Shown here: positions 55,197 to 64,000 of the stretch, piece after piece
Position numbering within the stretch: position 1 is the stretch's first letter
Layout: every line of letters begins with the position of its first letter
Source: Microgenomates bacterium OLB22
Lineage (GTDB): Bacteria > Patescibacteriota > Microgenomatia > UBA1406 > HO2-37-13b
DNA length: 64,000 bases
Direction: 5' to 3'
Assembly (NCBI GenBank): GCA_001567515.1
Contig: LLEV01000006.1
Coordinates: 69,039 to 133,038, forward strand
The notes under the pieces: generated by a model
Told to the model about the DNA's origin: nothing
Databases searched by the model: none
Seen by the model: only the letters and a program-made list of their open reading frames with translations
Program-made: the position numbers and the translations under genes

Positions 55197-56953
55197 TTCT
55201 GTTGTACTTTATAAAGTTGGTTAAAAAGACTTTTTGGGTCCTTGGTCAGACTAGTATAACTACCTGATTCCACGATCCTACCATCTTTGAATACATGAAT
55301 CACATCGACATTTTTGAGTGTGCTAGTCCGGTGTGCGACAAAGACAAGTGTTTTTTGAGTTAGCTCACTTTCCAGTCCAGCCTGTATTTTTGACTCTGTC
55401 TGTGAATCGAGTGAAGATGTCGCTTCGTCAAAAATGAGAATATCTGGATCTTTACAGATGGCTCGTGCTATCCCGACACGTTGACGCTCACCTCCCGATA
55501 GATGGTACCCTTTTTCGCCGATGAGCGTATCGAGTCCTTGCGGAAGCTTTTCTAGTACCAGTTCTAGTTGCGCGATTTGTATGGCTTTTGTAAAGAGATC
55601 TGGTTTCACATTTCTCATCAATGTGATGTTATCCCTAAGCGATAGATTGAACATCTCTGACTCTTGAAGAACAATTCCCAGATGTTTAGCTGTACTTTCA
55701 TAGTTGATATCTTCAAAACGGGTAGACCCGATGGAATATGTTCCGCTTGATAATGGGTACAAACCCATAAGTATCTTTGTGAGTGTCGATTTGCCACTTC
55801 CGGTCTTTCCGACGATACCAACTTTTTGATGCCTCTGTATACTCAGGGTCACTCCACTGAGTCCACCTCTTCCCTTTTCTTCTGATTGATAGTGAAACAC
55901 CCCATCTTGCAGCGTAATAGTATCCCAGTTGGTGGGAAAATTTTTAGTGCCTGTATGCAGATTATCTTTTGCCCATAGGATGGACATCATACGCCCGATG
56001 CCAGATTTTGCGGTGATCATCTGATCATATACATCGAGTATGTCTGCGGATTTTCCTGTCAATTGTTGCCCGTAGTTAAAAAAAGTTATGATCGAACCAA
56101 TAGTGATGATCTGATGAGTCACATCATGCCCTATCAACAAGAGAAATGCTCCCATAGTTACGCCATTGAGTGCTTGAAAGAGTTGCCACTTTTGTATCCC
56201 CACTCTCCTGATCTTCATTTCGTACTCTTTGCGAATCAGCTCTGTCTTGGATATTCCTGCACCAAAACTTTTGTGTGCTCCTGCAGATTTGATCGCAAGA
56301 ATGTTGCCTAATCCCTCTACATAGGCTCCACTAGCCTGCTCGATTGCTTGGTTTTGTTCTTCTTGAAGCTGCCTGGTAGCTAAATAAAAGTGTCGTAATA
56401 CAAAAATGAAGAGAATGAGATAAGCGAGGACAAATATAACGTATGCAGGTTGAAGTACAAAAAAGACACCAATGATACCGACAAAACTGGCCAGTGCAGA
56501 ATATACTTCATTATTAAATACTCTGGTGATATAGAAAATCTGATTAGTCCCCGTCTGAATACGCTGAAATTTGTTCCCAGTGCTCTCCGCATCATGCCAA
56601 CTCAATGAAAGTGACATTAGTTTGTCGAAACCCCTTAATCTGGTGTTATAGGCAACGGTTGTCTGTATGTTGCCCATGAGTCTTTTGACAGTGAGTCTGA
56701 AATATGAAATAAAGATCTGCAGAAATGTGATGAGTCCAACCAGTAGGTAAAATGGCAAGAGGCTACTACCAGCTGTGTAGTTGGTAAAGAAATCGATGAT
56801 CTTACCCGTGAGAAATGGCGTCAATACAGCATTGAATTGGAATGCGATCAGAACTATGGAGAGCAGAATGTACTGCACTTTTTGTTTGCCTAGCAAGGAG
56901 TATATGGAGCGAATAAGATCGATCCAAGAAAATGAAGGTTCCTTTTGGGACAT
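55193..56953 (-). CDS. ABC exporter, fused permease/ATPase (MsbA-like)
   Basis: Six-TM N-terminal half, Walker A 'GKTGSGKST', signature 'LSGGERQRVGIARA' and Walker B 'ILIFDEATS'. Confidence 0.9.
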   Translation of the reverse strand: MSQKEPSFSWIDLIRSIYSLLGKQKVQYILLSIVLIAFQFNAVLTPFLTGKIIDFFTNYTAGSSLLPFYLLVGLITFLQIFISYFRLTVKRLMGNIQTTVAYNTRLRGFDKLMSLSLSWHDAESTGNKFQRIQTGTNQIFYITRVFNNEVYSALASFVGIIGVFFVLQPAYVIFVLAYLILFIFVLRHFYLATRQLQEEQNQAIEQASGAYVEGLGNILAIKSAGAHKSFGAGISKTELIRKEYEMKIRRVGIQKWQLFQALNGVTMGAFLLLIGHDVTHQIITIGSIITFFNYGQQLTGKSADILDVYDQMITAKSGIGRMMSILWAKDNLHTGTKNFPTNWDTITLQDGVFHYQSEEKGRGGLSGVTLSIQRHQKVGIVGKTGSGKSTLTKILMGLYPLSSGTYSIGSTRFEDINYESTAKHLGIVLQESEMFNLSLRDNITLMRNVKPDLFTKAIQIAQLELVLEKLPQGLDTLIGEKGYHLSGGERQRVGIARAICKDPDILIFDEATSSLDSQTESKIQAGLESELTQKTLVFVAHRTSTLKNVDVIHVFKDGRIVESGSYTSLTKDPKSLFNQLYKVQQK

Positions 56954-56971
56954 TTAGCTATTGTAACACGA

Positions 56972-57445
56972 CTATTTATTGAAATACTCTTTCATCGCTG
57001 ATGAAAATGGTTTTCTTTCCTCAGGCGTGGCTACCCGTGAGTCGCTCATATTCGCGTGAAGCTCATCACCTTCAAATCGCGGGAAGATATGGAGGTGGTA
57101 ATGGAAAGCATGTTGGCCACTGGCTGGCTCGTTATTTTGAAGGATCATGGTCCCATCACACTTTCGTATCTCTTTCAACGCCAGAGTTATCTCTTTGGCG
57201 ATATTCATTATTCTATTCCCTTCTTTCTCAGGAAGATCATAGAGATTTTCGTAGTGGGTCACGGGAAAGACGATGATATGTCCGGGATTGTTTCCAATGA
57301 ATTTGGAGTTTATGGCAGCCATGACTAGGTCATCTCGATAAAAGATGTCCGCCTGCTTCATCATAGTAGCATCACTCTCTATGCCCTGTATTGCAAGACA
57401 AAGTGGGCAGTTGTAGTTGTGCGGAGCATGGTTGTGCATAAGCAA
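56972..57445 (-). CDS. HIT-family nucleotide hydrolase
   Basis: Histidine triad 'HYHLHIFPR'. Confidence 0.8.
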   Translation of the reverse strand: MLMHNHAPHNYNCPLCLAIQGIESDATMMKQADIFYRDDLVMAAINSKFIGNNPGHIIVFPVTHYENLYDLPEKEGNRIMNIAKEITLALKEIRKCDGTMILQNNEPASGQHAFHYHLHIFPRFEGDELHANMSDSRVATPEERKPFSSAMKEYFNK

Positions 57446-57522
57446 GAGTATATGGTTTTTTATCTAAATATCCACCCCAGTGTTACATCTCGTATCTATG
57501 CCTTTACCCGGACTGCTGATTG

Positions 57523-57796
57523 TTACTTTCTATAGACCTCATCGTGAGTTCCTAAATCTACAAAGTACGCTGTATCTTCCGTGATTAAAACATAAACCAT
57601 TCGAAGATCTTTATTAATTGAAACACTCCACTGATGGGATAGATTACCGATTAATTTATGTGTTCTCAAGGAGGGATGTTTTTGGATTTGATTCGAATAG
57701 GGTGATTTGTTTTTGTATCCGCGTAACTAGCTTTTTGTCTTTTTTATTCAAAAGGAGGATTTTTTGTTGGACTTGAGGAGAAAGTTTAGCTTTCAT
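57523..57796 (-). pseudogene. RelE/ParE-superfamily (YafQ/RelE-like) toxin, frameshifted
   Basis: The ATG at 57796 overlaps the antitoxin stop. 'MKAKLSPQVQQKILLLNKKDKKLVTRIQKQITLFESNPK' is followed in the +1 frame by 'HPSLRTHKLIGNLSHQWSVSINKDLRMVYVL...LGTHDEVYRK'. There is an extra base in the run at 57679-57683. Total length is 274 nt (3n+1). Confidence 0.7.
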
Positions 57797-58046
57797 TCAA
57801 CGTTTGAAAGAAATCAGAGGCATCGACAGCCTTATCTAATTGCTTCAATGCCTTTTGAGTATTCTTTTGTACTCTGTCGGAAGCGCGGAAAACAGGATAG
57901 TTCTCACTATCTACTTCCTTCAGAATCAAGTATTTGACAAATTGAGTTACTGGAACACCAAGTAGAGAAGCCTTTGACTCCAGATGATCATTCAACTGCT
58001 CCGAAAGGCTGATTTTTAGTTGTATTTGTGGACTTTGTGTCTGCAT
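57786..58046 (-). CDS. Ribbon-helix-helix antitoxin
   Basis: 'IQLKISLSEQLNDHLESKASLLGVPVTQFVKYLI' fits an RHH fold. It lies directly upstream of the toxin and overlaps it. Confidence 0.6.
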   Translation of the reverse strand: MQTQSPQIQLKISLSEQLNDHLESKASLLGVPVTQFVKYLILKEVDSENYPVFRASDRVQKNTQKALKQLDKAVDASDFFQTLNES

Positions 58047-58126
58047 ATGCCTATATAGTATCTAAAATATACCTATTTGTCAATCATACGAAGTATAAAA
58101 GTCCTGATAAGTGGCATTCCTTGTAA

Positions 58127-58450
58127 TCATTTACTAATCTTTTTTGATACTGCGCCTACAAAAAGTCTATATGCAAGTCTATCTTCTTTTTCAAAGATGA
58201 TAGGAGTCCCCAGATGTCTCTGACAGTTTGGACACGTTAGTTGTGGGATGTCCCCAAGAATATCTGTCGATTGGAAGGTCAAGCCATTTATCCGGTCCAG
58301 ATACATCCGTTTGAGTATCCCGGGGCCGTCCTTTTGGTAGAAACACAGGTGCTCACCACAGCTAGCACAGCTAATATCGAGGATTCGTGAGGATCCTCCC
58401 CGGACTTTTTTATATCTATCATTCTTGATAGAAATATCTAGCTTTGCCAT
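58127..58450 (-). CDS. Small CxxC...CxxC zinc-ribbon protein
   Basis: Independent ATG at 58450 ('MAKLDISIKN'). 'CASCGEHL' and 'CPNCQRHL'. It is fused to the GNAT ORF in the track only because of a frameshift. Confidence 0.5.
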   Translation of the reverse strand: MAKLDISIKNDRYKKVRGGSSRILDISCASCGEHLCFYQKDGPGILKRMYLDRINGLTFQSTDILGDIPQLTCPNCQRHLGTPIIFEKEDRLAYRLFVGAVSKKISK

Positions 58451-58466
58451 GTGTCCTCTTAAGAAA

Positions 58467-58984
58467 TTAGAGCAGGATTTGATACCGCAACTTATGTAAC
58501 TCAAATCCGTCTCTATTATCTGTTTTAGTAGCTCCCTCAGATTCCCATCCCTTTTTTCATACCACCTTCGAGTCTTTTCATTTGTATCGAGGACCCACAG
58601 TGTCGCTTTTTTATATCTTCGCTCACGAAGATAGTTACAACCCTCCTTGAGCAAGGCAGAGCCTGCTCCGTGCTTCATATGGTCAGGGTCAATGTAGATT
58701 GACCAGATCTCGCCTGTCTTACTATCCATATCATTATCACGGCACGGACCGACGCTACAAAAGCCGATGACCTCCCCATCTTGTCCTGCGACGAAAGTCC
58801 TGGTCCCCGGTATGGGCGCAGCTAAGATCTTTTCCCAGCGTTTTTTCCTCCGCGCAATAGATAGGCTAGCGAGGTAGTCATCGGGGATCTGTCCTTTGTA
58901 CGCATGTTGCCAGGTCCTGACATGAATTTTCGCAATTTGCTGCGCATCTTTTGGTAATGCTGGTCTCACAGTTATGTCATCCAT
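58467..58984 (-). pseudogene. GNAT-family N-acetyltransferase, frameshifted near the C-terminus
   Basis: 'ITVRPALPKDAQQIAKIH' and 'VIGFCSV...HGAGSALL'. Adding one base to the T6 run at 58552-58557 restores 'WYEKKGWESEGATKTDNRDGFELHKLRYQILL' with a stop at 58467-58469. Confidence 0.7.
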
Positions 58985-58996
58985 GGCGTGATTATA

Positions 58997-59551
58997 TCAA
59001 TTCTCCTTGTTAGGAGATGTTTTTTTATTTCCGACCTTTATTACCAATGGACAGTAGCGCAGGCGTATTCGGAGGCTTTTGATACTTTCCTCGAGCTTCT
59101 TCTTACTCATGCGTATTCTCTTCCCCACTGCAGGCTCCAGGATGGTGAAGGTCGCCGGTGTGGCTGACTCGATGATGATGTAATGCGGGCTGTGGTCATA
59201 GTTCCCAAGTTGGTGAGTGTCTATTTGAACGATGACAGGATAGCTCAATTGTTCGAGGAACTGTACCCTGACCTTTTGATGGATAAATACGAGGTTTTTT
59301 GAGTCATAATGAGTCTTTAAAAAAGAACAAAAGTACGCATTATCTACGTAAATAGTGATCCTCCTAGAATACTGTCTTTGAAAAGCTGTAACTATCCCTG
59401 CTACATATCCCCCATGCAGATCGAGCAATCCCTCAAAGGGAATCTCCTTCTCTTTTTCAGTCGAAGGTACGATTCCGTGGCATTGTAAAAGGCAGACTGG
59501 TAGACAGCTCTGTGATGTTGTTTGTTTATAGGGTTCCATGAGGCACATCAT
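58997..59551 (-). CDS. Papain-fold cysteine peptidase, C39-like
   Basis: 'YKQTTSQSCLPVCL' (Gln/Cys) and 'NYDHSPHYIIIE' (His) are arranged as in C39-type peptidase domains. Tentative. Confidence 0.4.
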   Translation of the reverse strand: MMCLMEPYKQTTSQSCLPVCLLQCHGIVPSTEKEKEIPFEGLLDLHGGYVAGIVTAFQRQYSRRITIYVDNAYFCSFLKTHYDSKNLVFIHQKVRVQFLEQLSYPVIVQIDTHQLGNYDHSPHYIIIESATPATFTILEPAVGKRIRMSKKKLEESIKSLRIRLRYCPLVIKVGNKKTSPNKEN

Positions 59552-59631
59552 ACTTTTTTAGATTTTATATACAACAGTAGTTCCAGGCGCTACGTTAGCC
59601 TGAGTTTGTTATAATAGGTAGTAAATCTCCA

Positions 59632-59702
59632 GCGGGATTAATTTATCGGTAAAATGCCACCCTTCCAAGGTGGATAGACGGGTTCGATTCCCGTATCCCG
59701 CT
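59632..59702 (+). tRNA. tRNA-Gly (anticodon TCC)
   Basis: Acceptor GCGGGAT/ATCCCGC, anticodon stem-loop CCACC-CTTCCAA-GGTGG, T arm ACGGG-TTCGATT-CCCGT. Confidence 0.88.
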
Positions 59703-59766
59703 CCCTTTCTTCGCTAAAGCTACGGATGACTCACCTACAAAATAGTTGTTAACGAAGGCCACCCCC

Positions 59767-62391
59767 CTAATGGCTACTTTGTGAAATCATTGTAACGAGT
59801 TCTTGGTCCGATTTGCTAACGGGGATGAACCTACTTATAATTGTAGCAGGCATTGTGTAACTCCCCATTTTAATTCCCATGCCAGCATGTCCCGCGTTTC
59901 CAGCTGCAGCATCTTCGTATTGTCCACTAGGGTTACGGCTACTAGGTACTGTAACACTTTCTCCCCCTGCCCCCCTTACTAGCTGAATCCCCATTGGATC
60001 TGCCACAATTAGTTCGGCAAAAGTATCAAAAAATGTGTTCATGTTTAGATCAGCTCTATGAAGTTGTGTATAAGTAGGCTCTAAAAAGAGCACGGGTCTT
60101 CCGTCATGCATTTGAACTAACTTTGCAATTGACCTCCCCACACTTGCTTCTAACAATTCCTGTTGGGGGATAGTGTTTTTAACTTCTTCGAAACCTCTTG
60201 CGTCTATTTTTTGCCGAGTTTCTGGAGATAGCTTATTTAGGTCTATCAGAAAAATAGCCTTTGTATGTGCATCGGCAACATACCCCGCAAGAGCCTTGTT
60301 CAGCTCTGGCCTTCCCTCATAATTCTGACATGATCTACAGCCAATTGGATATTTCCCGACTTGAAATAGTATCTGTGGGTTGTCTGTGATAATCATGGCT
60401 AAACGACGATTCCCACCTATGTTTTCTACCATAGAGAGAGCCGTTTGGAGATTATCAATGTCTTGAAGAAAAGTAAGATTATCTTTGAAAAACTTTCTAA
60501 GACCATCAATCACAGATGTGATAGACTCACTTTGTTTATCCGCTCGTTCTGTAATCATATCTTTACCTATAAGTTGAATATTTAACTTACTCAACCTATA
60601 CAAATCAATTAGAGTTTTAAGCTCCTGTCTTTTTTGATAAAACTGTCCACTATTCTTTAGCTGCTCTTTGTCTAAACCACATCTCTGGAAGATATCGGAG
60701 TCCATAGTCTGAGCAAAAGATTCTTCAATATTTCTTACTGTGTCAGATAAACTTTGAGCGATTTCAGTACTCAACAATGTAGTTGCTTCAACTGTAGTGG
60801 CTTTTAACTCCACAGCAGCATTCATTGCTGATTGGATTACCAAAAACTGCTCTTTACTAAGAAATTGTTCTAGAAATCTTAGGGCGTCGAAAGTTTTCTT
60901 GCCCACTTGGACATTTTGTCCCGCTGTGAACACACTAAGTATTTGTTGGAGCCTAGTTACACTAGCGGCCCTTATGATACTATCAATCCTTGCTATGTCC
61001 TCTTGCAACAATTGAATTTCGTCAGCTAATATTTGCTTTCTTTGTTCAGGGTGTGCAACTAATGATTCGTGAGTTCTTGCGAGCCTCTCTTGAATAAATT
61101 TGTATTTATCAGAATCATCGACATCAGGATTATAGATATGACCTTCGAGGATAGCCCGCTCGATTTGACCAGCTATATGATCTGGCAGGTCCCTAGGGGA
61201 ATTTGCAATCATGATGACACCTAACTCTGCAAAATGGTCAGCTTTCCATACATCGAGCTGCTTTTTTGTGAGATGCCCTACTTGACTACTTACTATTCGA
61301 TCACTCAAATTATATCTCCATTTTTTCCAACCATCATAAGTCGGAGGATCCATGCCCGCAACCATCTCAGCAACTAATCTTAGCGTAGTACCATATCTCG
61401 ATGACGCCATCTTGGAAGCATAAACAAAAATTGGGTCAAGATTACCCCAATGTTCCCAAAGTTTTTGTATCTTCTCGGCATCTATTGCATCATTTGGCAA
61501 TACTTCTCTTATTTTATAGACTACGGCTTCTTTAAATGATGCATTTAGTTGGTCTAATGAATCAACTTGCGCATCCAAAATGGCCAATACCCCTGGACTG
61601 TCATGCTGCCCTAGCTTGTTATCTATAGTAGTAAGAAAACATACTGTTTTGAGCAGCCGTGCCATATGTTCAGCTCCTTCTTGACTTACAAAATCAATTC
61701 TGGCTAACTGATCTACGACCTTTGCCAGCATCTGCCTGTTCGCGCTTAAAATGTTTACAATACCATACAAGAGTTCTTCCTTGAAAACTGTGCCTTTTGT
61801 AACTGAATACAAACTGTTAAACTTTGCTACTAACTCCTCATTGCCCCCAGTAAATTTCCATAGCTGCATAAATGTATCTTCTGGAATAGAAGGACACAAT
61901 TCCTTATGTGTATGAGCTATTGATCTTCCGTCTTTAGTAAACATCTCGAGAGCATCATCTAGTTGCTTTCGTGATCTTGCCCGTATGTCAGCACTTGATA
62001 TTCTACAAGTAGCTTGAAAAAATTTGAAATCCTGCCAATCAAAGTCCCTAGAATCCATACTTAACTTAGATTTAATCCATGCCCTCATGTTTTTAGGGAA
62101 AAAGTCTTTTTTTGTTTCTATAAGATTTCGAATAACAAAGACTTTTACACGAGAATCGATATCAGCGGTCAAAATTAGTGAAAATAGTGCATCGTTTCCC
62201 AGGGGGTTATCTAGCTGCATCAACGTCCTTAATGCTAATTCTTGCTCTTGTGTAAATCCAATTCCCCTTCTGCCCTCATCCTCATCTTTACCTGAGCTTC
62301 TCCTTTTAAGTACTCCTGCCAAATGGTCAATAATCTCACCATCTCCTCGTTTTGCCAACTTGGCTAATGCTAAAGCGAGTGTTTTATCCAA
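59767..62391 (-). CDS. Large hypothetical protein (874 aa)
   Basis: Uninterrupted ORF in a low-GC block, mostly helical. 'GKYPIGCRSCQNYEGRPELNKALAGYVAD' is the only Cys-containing motif. No family recognised. Confidence 0.55.
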   Translation of the reverse strand: MDKTLALALAKLAKRGDGEIIDHLAGVLKRRSSGKDEDEGRRGIGFTQEQELALRTLMQLDNPLGNDALFSLILTADIDSRVKVFVIRNLIETKKDFFPKNMRAWIKSKLSMDSRDFDWQDFKFFQATCRISSADIRARSRKQLDDALEMFTKDGRSIAHTHKELCPSIPEDTFMQLWKFTGGNEELVAKFNSLYSVTKGTVFKEELLYGIVNILSANRQMLAKVVDQLARIDFVSQEGAEHMARLLKTVCFLTTIDNKLGQHDSPGVLAILDAQVDSLDQLNASFKEAVVYKIREVLPNDAIDAEKIQKLWEHWGNLDPIFVYASKMASSRYGTTLRLVAEMVAGMDPPTYDGWKKWRYNLSDRIVSSQVGHLTKKQLDVWKADHFAELGVIMIANSPRDLPDHIAGQIERAILEGHIYNPDVDDSDKYKFIQERLARTHESLVAHPEQRKQILADEIQLLQEDIARIDSIIRAASVTRLQQILSVFTAGQNVQVGKKTFDALRFLEQFLSKEQFLVIQSAMNAAVELKATTVEATTLLSTEIAQSLSDTVRNIEESFAQTMDSDIFQRCGLDKEQLKNSGQFYQKRQELKTLIDLYRLSKLNIQLIGKDMITERADKQSESITSVIDGLRKFFKDNLTFLQDIDNLQTALSMVENIGGNRRLAMIITDNPQILFQVGKYPIGCRSCQNYEGRPELNKALAGYVADAHTKAIFLIDLNKLSPETRQKIDARGFEEVKNTIPQQELLEASVGRSIAKLVQMHDGRPVLFLEPTYTQLHRADLNMNTFFDTFAELIVADPMGIQLVRGAGGESVTVPSSRNPSGQYEDAAAGNAGHAGMGIKMGSYTMPATIISRFIPVSKSDQELVTMISQSSH

Positions 62392-62410
62392 TCCTGTATT
62401 ATCTTCACTT

Positions 62411-63016
62411 TCAAATGCGAGAATTTTTTTCTTTTATTGCTGAATAGCGCTCGTTATTTGGTTTGTCCCTCAATCCCATCGTCGTCAACAATTCTATTGT
62501 CCGCTTCTTGGCATCTGTTGTCCCTGCTTTTTGAAGCGTTGTTAGTACCTCTTGATAATATTCATAGCAGCCGAAGACAGAGTAGATTCTTTTATATTCT
62601 TCTAGAGAGTTATGCTCTGGATTGGAGAAGTGCTCATCAAGCTGTTCAGAGGTGATCCCAAATGGTACGGCTTTTGAGAAGTCTTTATTGTCAAGTATAT
62701 GTATCTGAATGAATTCTTGATCAATCTCAACTCCTGTATGTTGAGCTATTACACCGAGTTTATGATGATATTCTTTCCCATGAGAAAGACAGTATGCATA
62801 CATAGACATCACAAATTCTCTATCAAGTTGTAGGGGAACCCCTGTTTGCTGAGAAAGTATGGCTATTTGTTCAAGAAAATGTGCGGCTTCATCGTCGTCT
62901 TCGTACTGGCCGACATAATCGATATCATCCTCATCGTTAACATAGTTGGTACTGTAAGGAAACTGACTCGTCCTGACAAATTTTTCAAACAGTTCCTTAT
63001 ACTTACCTTGTAACAC
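62411..63016 (-). CDS. Hypothetical protein (201 aa)
   Basis: ORF 19 nt upstream of the 874-aa gene. Acidic N-terminal region. No family recognised. Confidence 0.5.
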   Translation of the reverse strand: MLQGKYKELFEKFVRTSQFPYSTNYVNDEDDIDYVGQYEDDDEAAHFLEQIAILSQQTGVPLQLDREFVMSMYAYCLSHGKEYHHKLGVIAQHTGVEIDQEFIQIHILDNKDFSKAVPFGITSEQLDEHFSNPEHNSLEEYKRIYSVFGCYEYYQEVLTTLQKAGTTDAKKRTIELLTTMGLRDKPNNERYSAIKEKNSRI

Positions 63017-63020
63017 CTCT

Positions 63021-64000
63021 TTAGAAGGAGGCGTTTTTTACTATCTCTTGAAAAGCCGCAACATGTTCCGCTCTAAATTGATCACCTGCAAATAGTTCAG
63101 TATAGCGTGCCTGAATGATTTTTGGACTTGGTAAAGTCTTGCTTTCCTCTAAGACAAGTTCAAACGCATCTTTCCTATTTTTCACTTCGCCAAGCAATAT
63201 TTTGGCGTATAGTACTTGTGCTTCCTTTTCATCTATACTAAATGCAAAGTTAAATAGCGCTTGTAGTTGTCTTACCATATCAACGTCTCCGCCAAGCAGT
63301 CTCTGTGTGTAAATCTGGTGCAGTTTGTTCTCAATATCTGCTTGTGTTATCTGTAGGCCTTCTTGTTGGGCGATTTCTACCATTATCTGCATATCCGGAA
63401 TGACACCAGAAAAGTTCTCTACAGTCGCAGTGTTTGTAGATAAAGAATGTGGTAGTTGATTATCATCTACAATAAACTGCAAATACACAGTTTGCATCGC
63501 TTCTGGGGAAGGTAAACCATATCTCTGTCTTAATACATCCCATCCTTTTTTACGCTCTCTATTTCCTTCCCTATTTACATCTTTGTAAATCGCTTGATCA
63601 AATGTTAGCGAATAAGCCAAATCAATCAACCGTTGAGGGGGGGGCTCACCCATATAGCTTTCATACCAATCAAATAAATCAATTATGTCATTACAAAAGA
63701 TATCACTCGTCTTATGACGTACTAATATTTGCTCCATCTTTGGGGCTACTAGTTCTGGTGTCAGTTTTACTTCGATACCTGTAGCTTCTTGAATGTATTC
63801 AACAACTTGAGTGCCAAGCCCTTTGCGACCTAGGTGATACAATAATATTTGTTGGACCATTTCCTCAGGCATTCTTATATTATTTTGTTCGATAAATTGC
63901 GTAACTCCTTTATCTCCATGCCTATACCAGGTAGAACTCGTAAACCAGTCTAATACTCTTTGTTGCAGAATATCTTGCGTAGGAGGAACACCAACTACTG
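63021..64000 (-). CDS. Hypothetical protein, 5'-partial (frame open to the window edge)
   Basis: The frame of track ORF 63021..63872 has no stop between 63873 and 64000 ('VVGVPPTQDILQQRVLDWFTSSTWYRHGDKGVTQFIEQNNIRMPEE...'), so the gene may start outside the window. Confidence 0.5.
   Translation of the reverse strand, partial: VVGVPPTQDILQQRVLDWFTSSTWYRHGDKGVTQFIEQNNIRMPEEMVQQILLYHLGRKGLGTQVVEYIQEATGIEVKLTPELVAPKMEQILVRHKTSDIFCNDIIDLFDWYESYMGEPPPQRLIDLAYSLTFDQAIYKDVNREGNRERKKGWDVLRQRYGLPSPEAMQTVYLQFIVDDNQLPHSLSTNTATVENFSGVIPDMQIMVEIAQQEGLQITQADIENKLHQIYTQRLLGGDVDMVRQLQALFNFAFSIDEKEAQVLYAKILLGEVKNRKDAFELVLEESKTLPSPKIIQARYTELFAGDQFRAEHVAAFQEIVKNASF

Noticed and set aside
58127-58984. The single 285-aa GNAT/zinc-ribbon fusion protein given by the ORF track.
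   Set aside because: The GNAT C-terminus ('YEKKGWESEG...RYQILL*') is recovered in another frame with its own stop. The zinc-ribbon part has its own ATG 17 nt later, so the fusion is a frameshift artefact.

Overview
The window looks like a compact, moderately AT-rich bacterial chromosome segment. By inference it is Candidate Phyla Radiation/Patescibacteria-like: tight gene packing, many N-terminally anchored surface proteins, DUF2079/GT-C membrane proteins, and short GC-rich palindromic intergenic repeats. Recognisable housekeeping genes are rpmB, def, dnaB, lgt, a YebC-family regulator, glpK, tgt, mpg, a TrmH-family methyltransferase, an M50 protease, an ABC exporter and four tRNAs (Leu-CAA, Ser-CGA, Ser-GGA, Gly-UCC). 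I saw no rRNA, CRISPR array or transposase. Five things stand out. (1) A tightly coupled operon at 26.5-33.7 kb encodes very cysteine-rich, N-terminally anchored surface proteins and ends in a vWA-dockerin adhesin; matching cohesin/LPxxG proteins sit at 1-1.3 kb, and the proteins share N- and C-terminal sequence signatures. (2) There are two families of long non-coding repeats: about 125-150 nt in three copies, and about 165 nt in two copies. Their helices are supported by compensatory or G-U-compatible substitutions between copies. (3) GC-rich orphan gene blocks lie beside tRNA-Leu and beside a tyrosine recombinase, and a low-GC block of large orphan genes follows tRNA-Gly. (4) At least a dozen genes are interrupted by single-base indels, mostly in homopolymer runs, so sequencing error must be separated from real pseudogenes or phase variation. 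(5) One frameshift repair would place an SDR reductase in frame with a FAD oxidase. All functional calls rest on motifs I read in the translated ORFs; no database search was possible.
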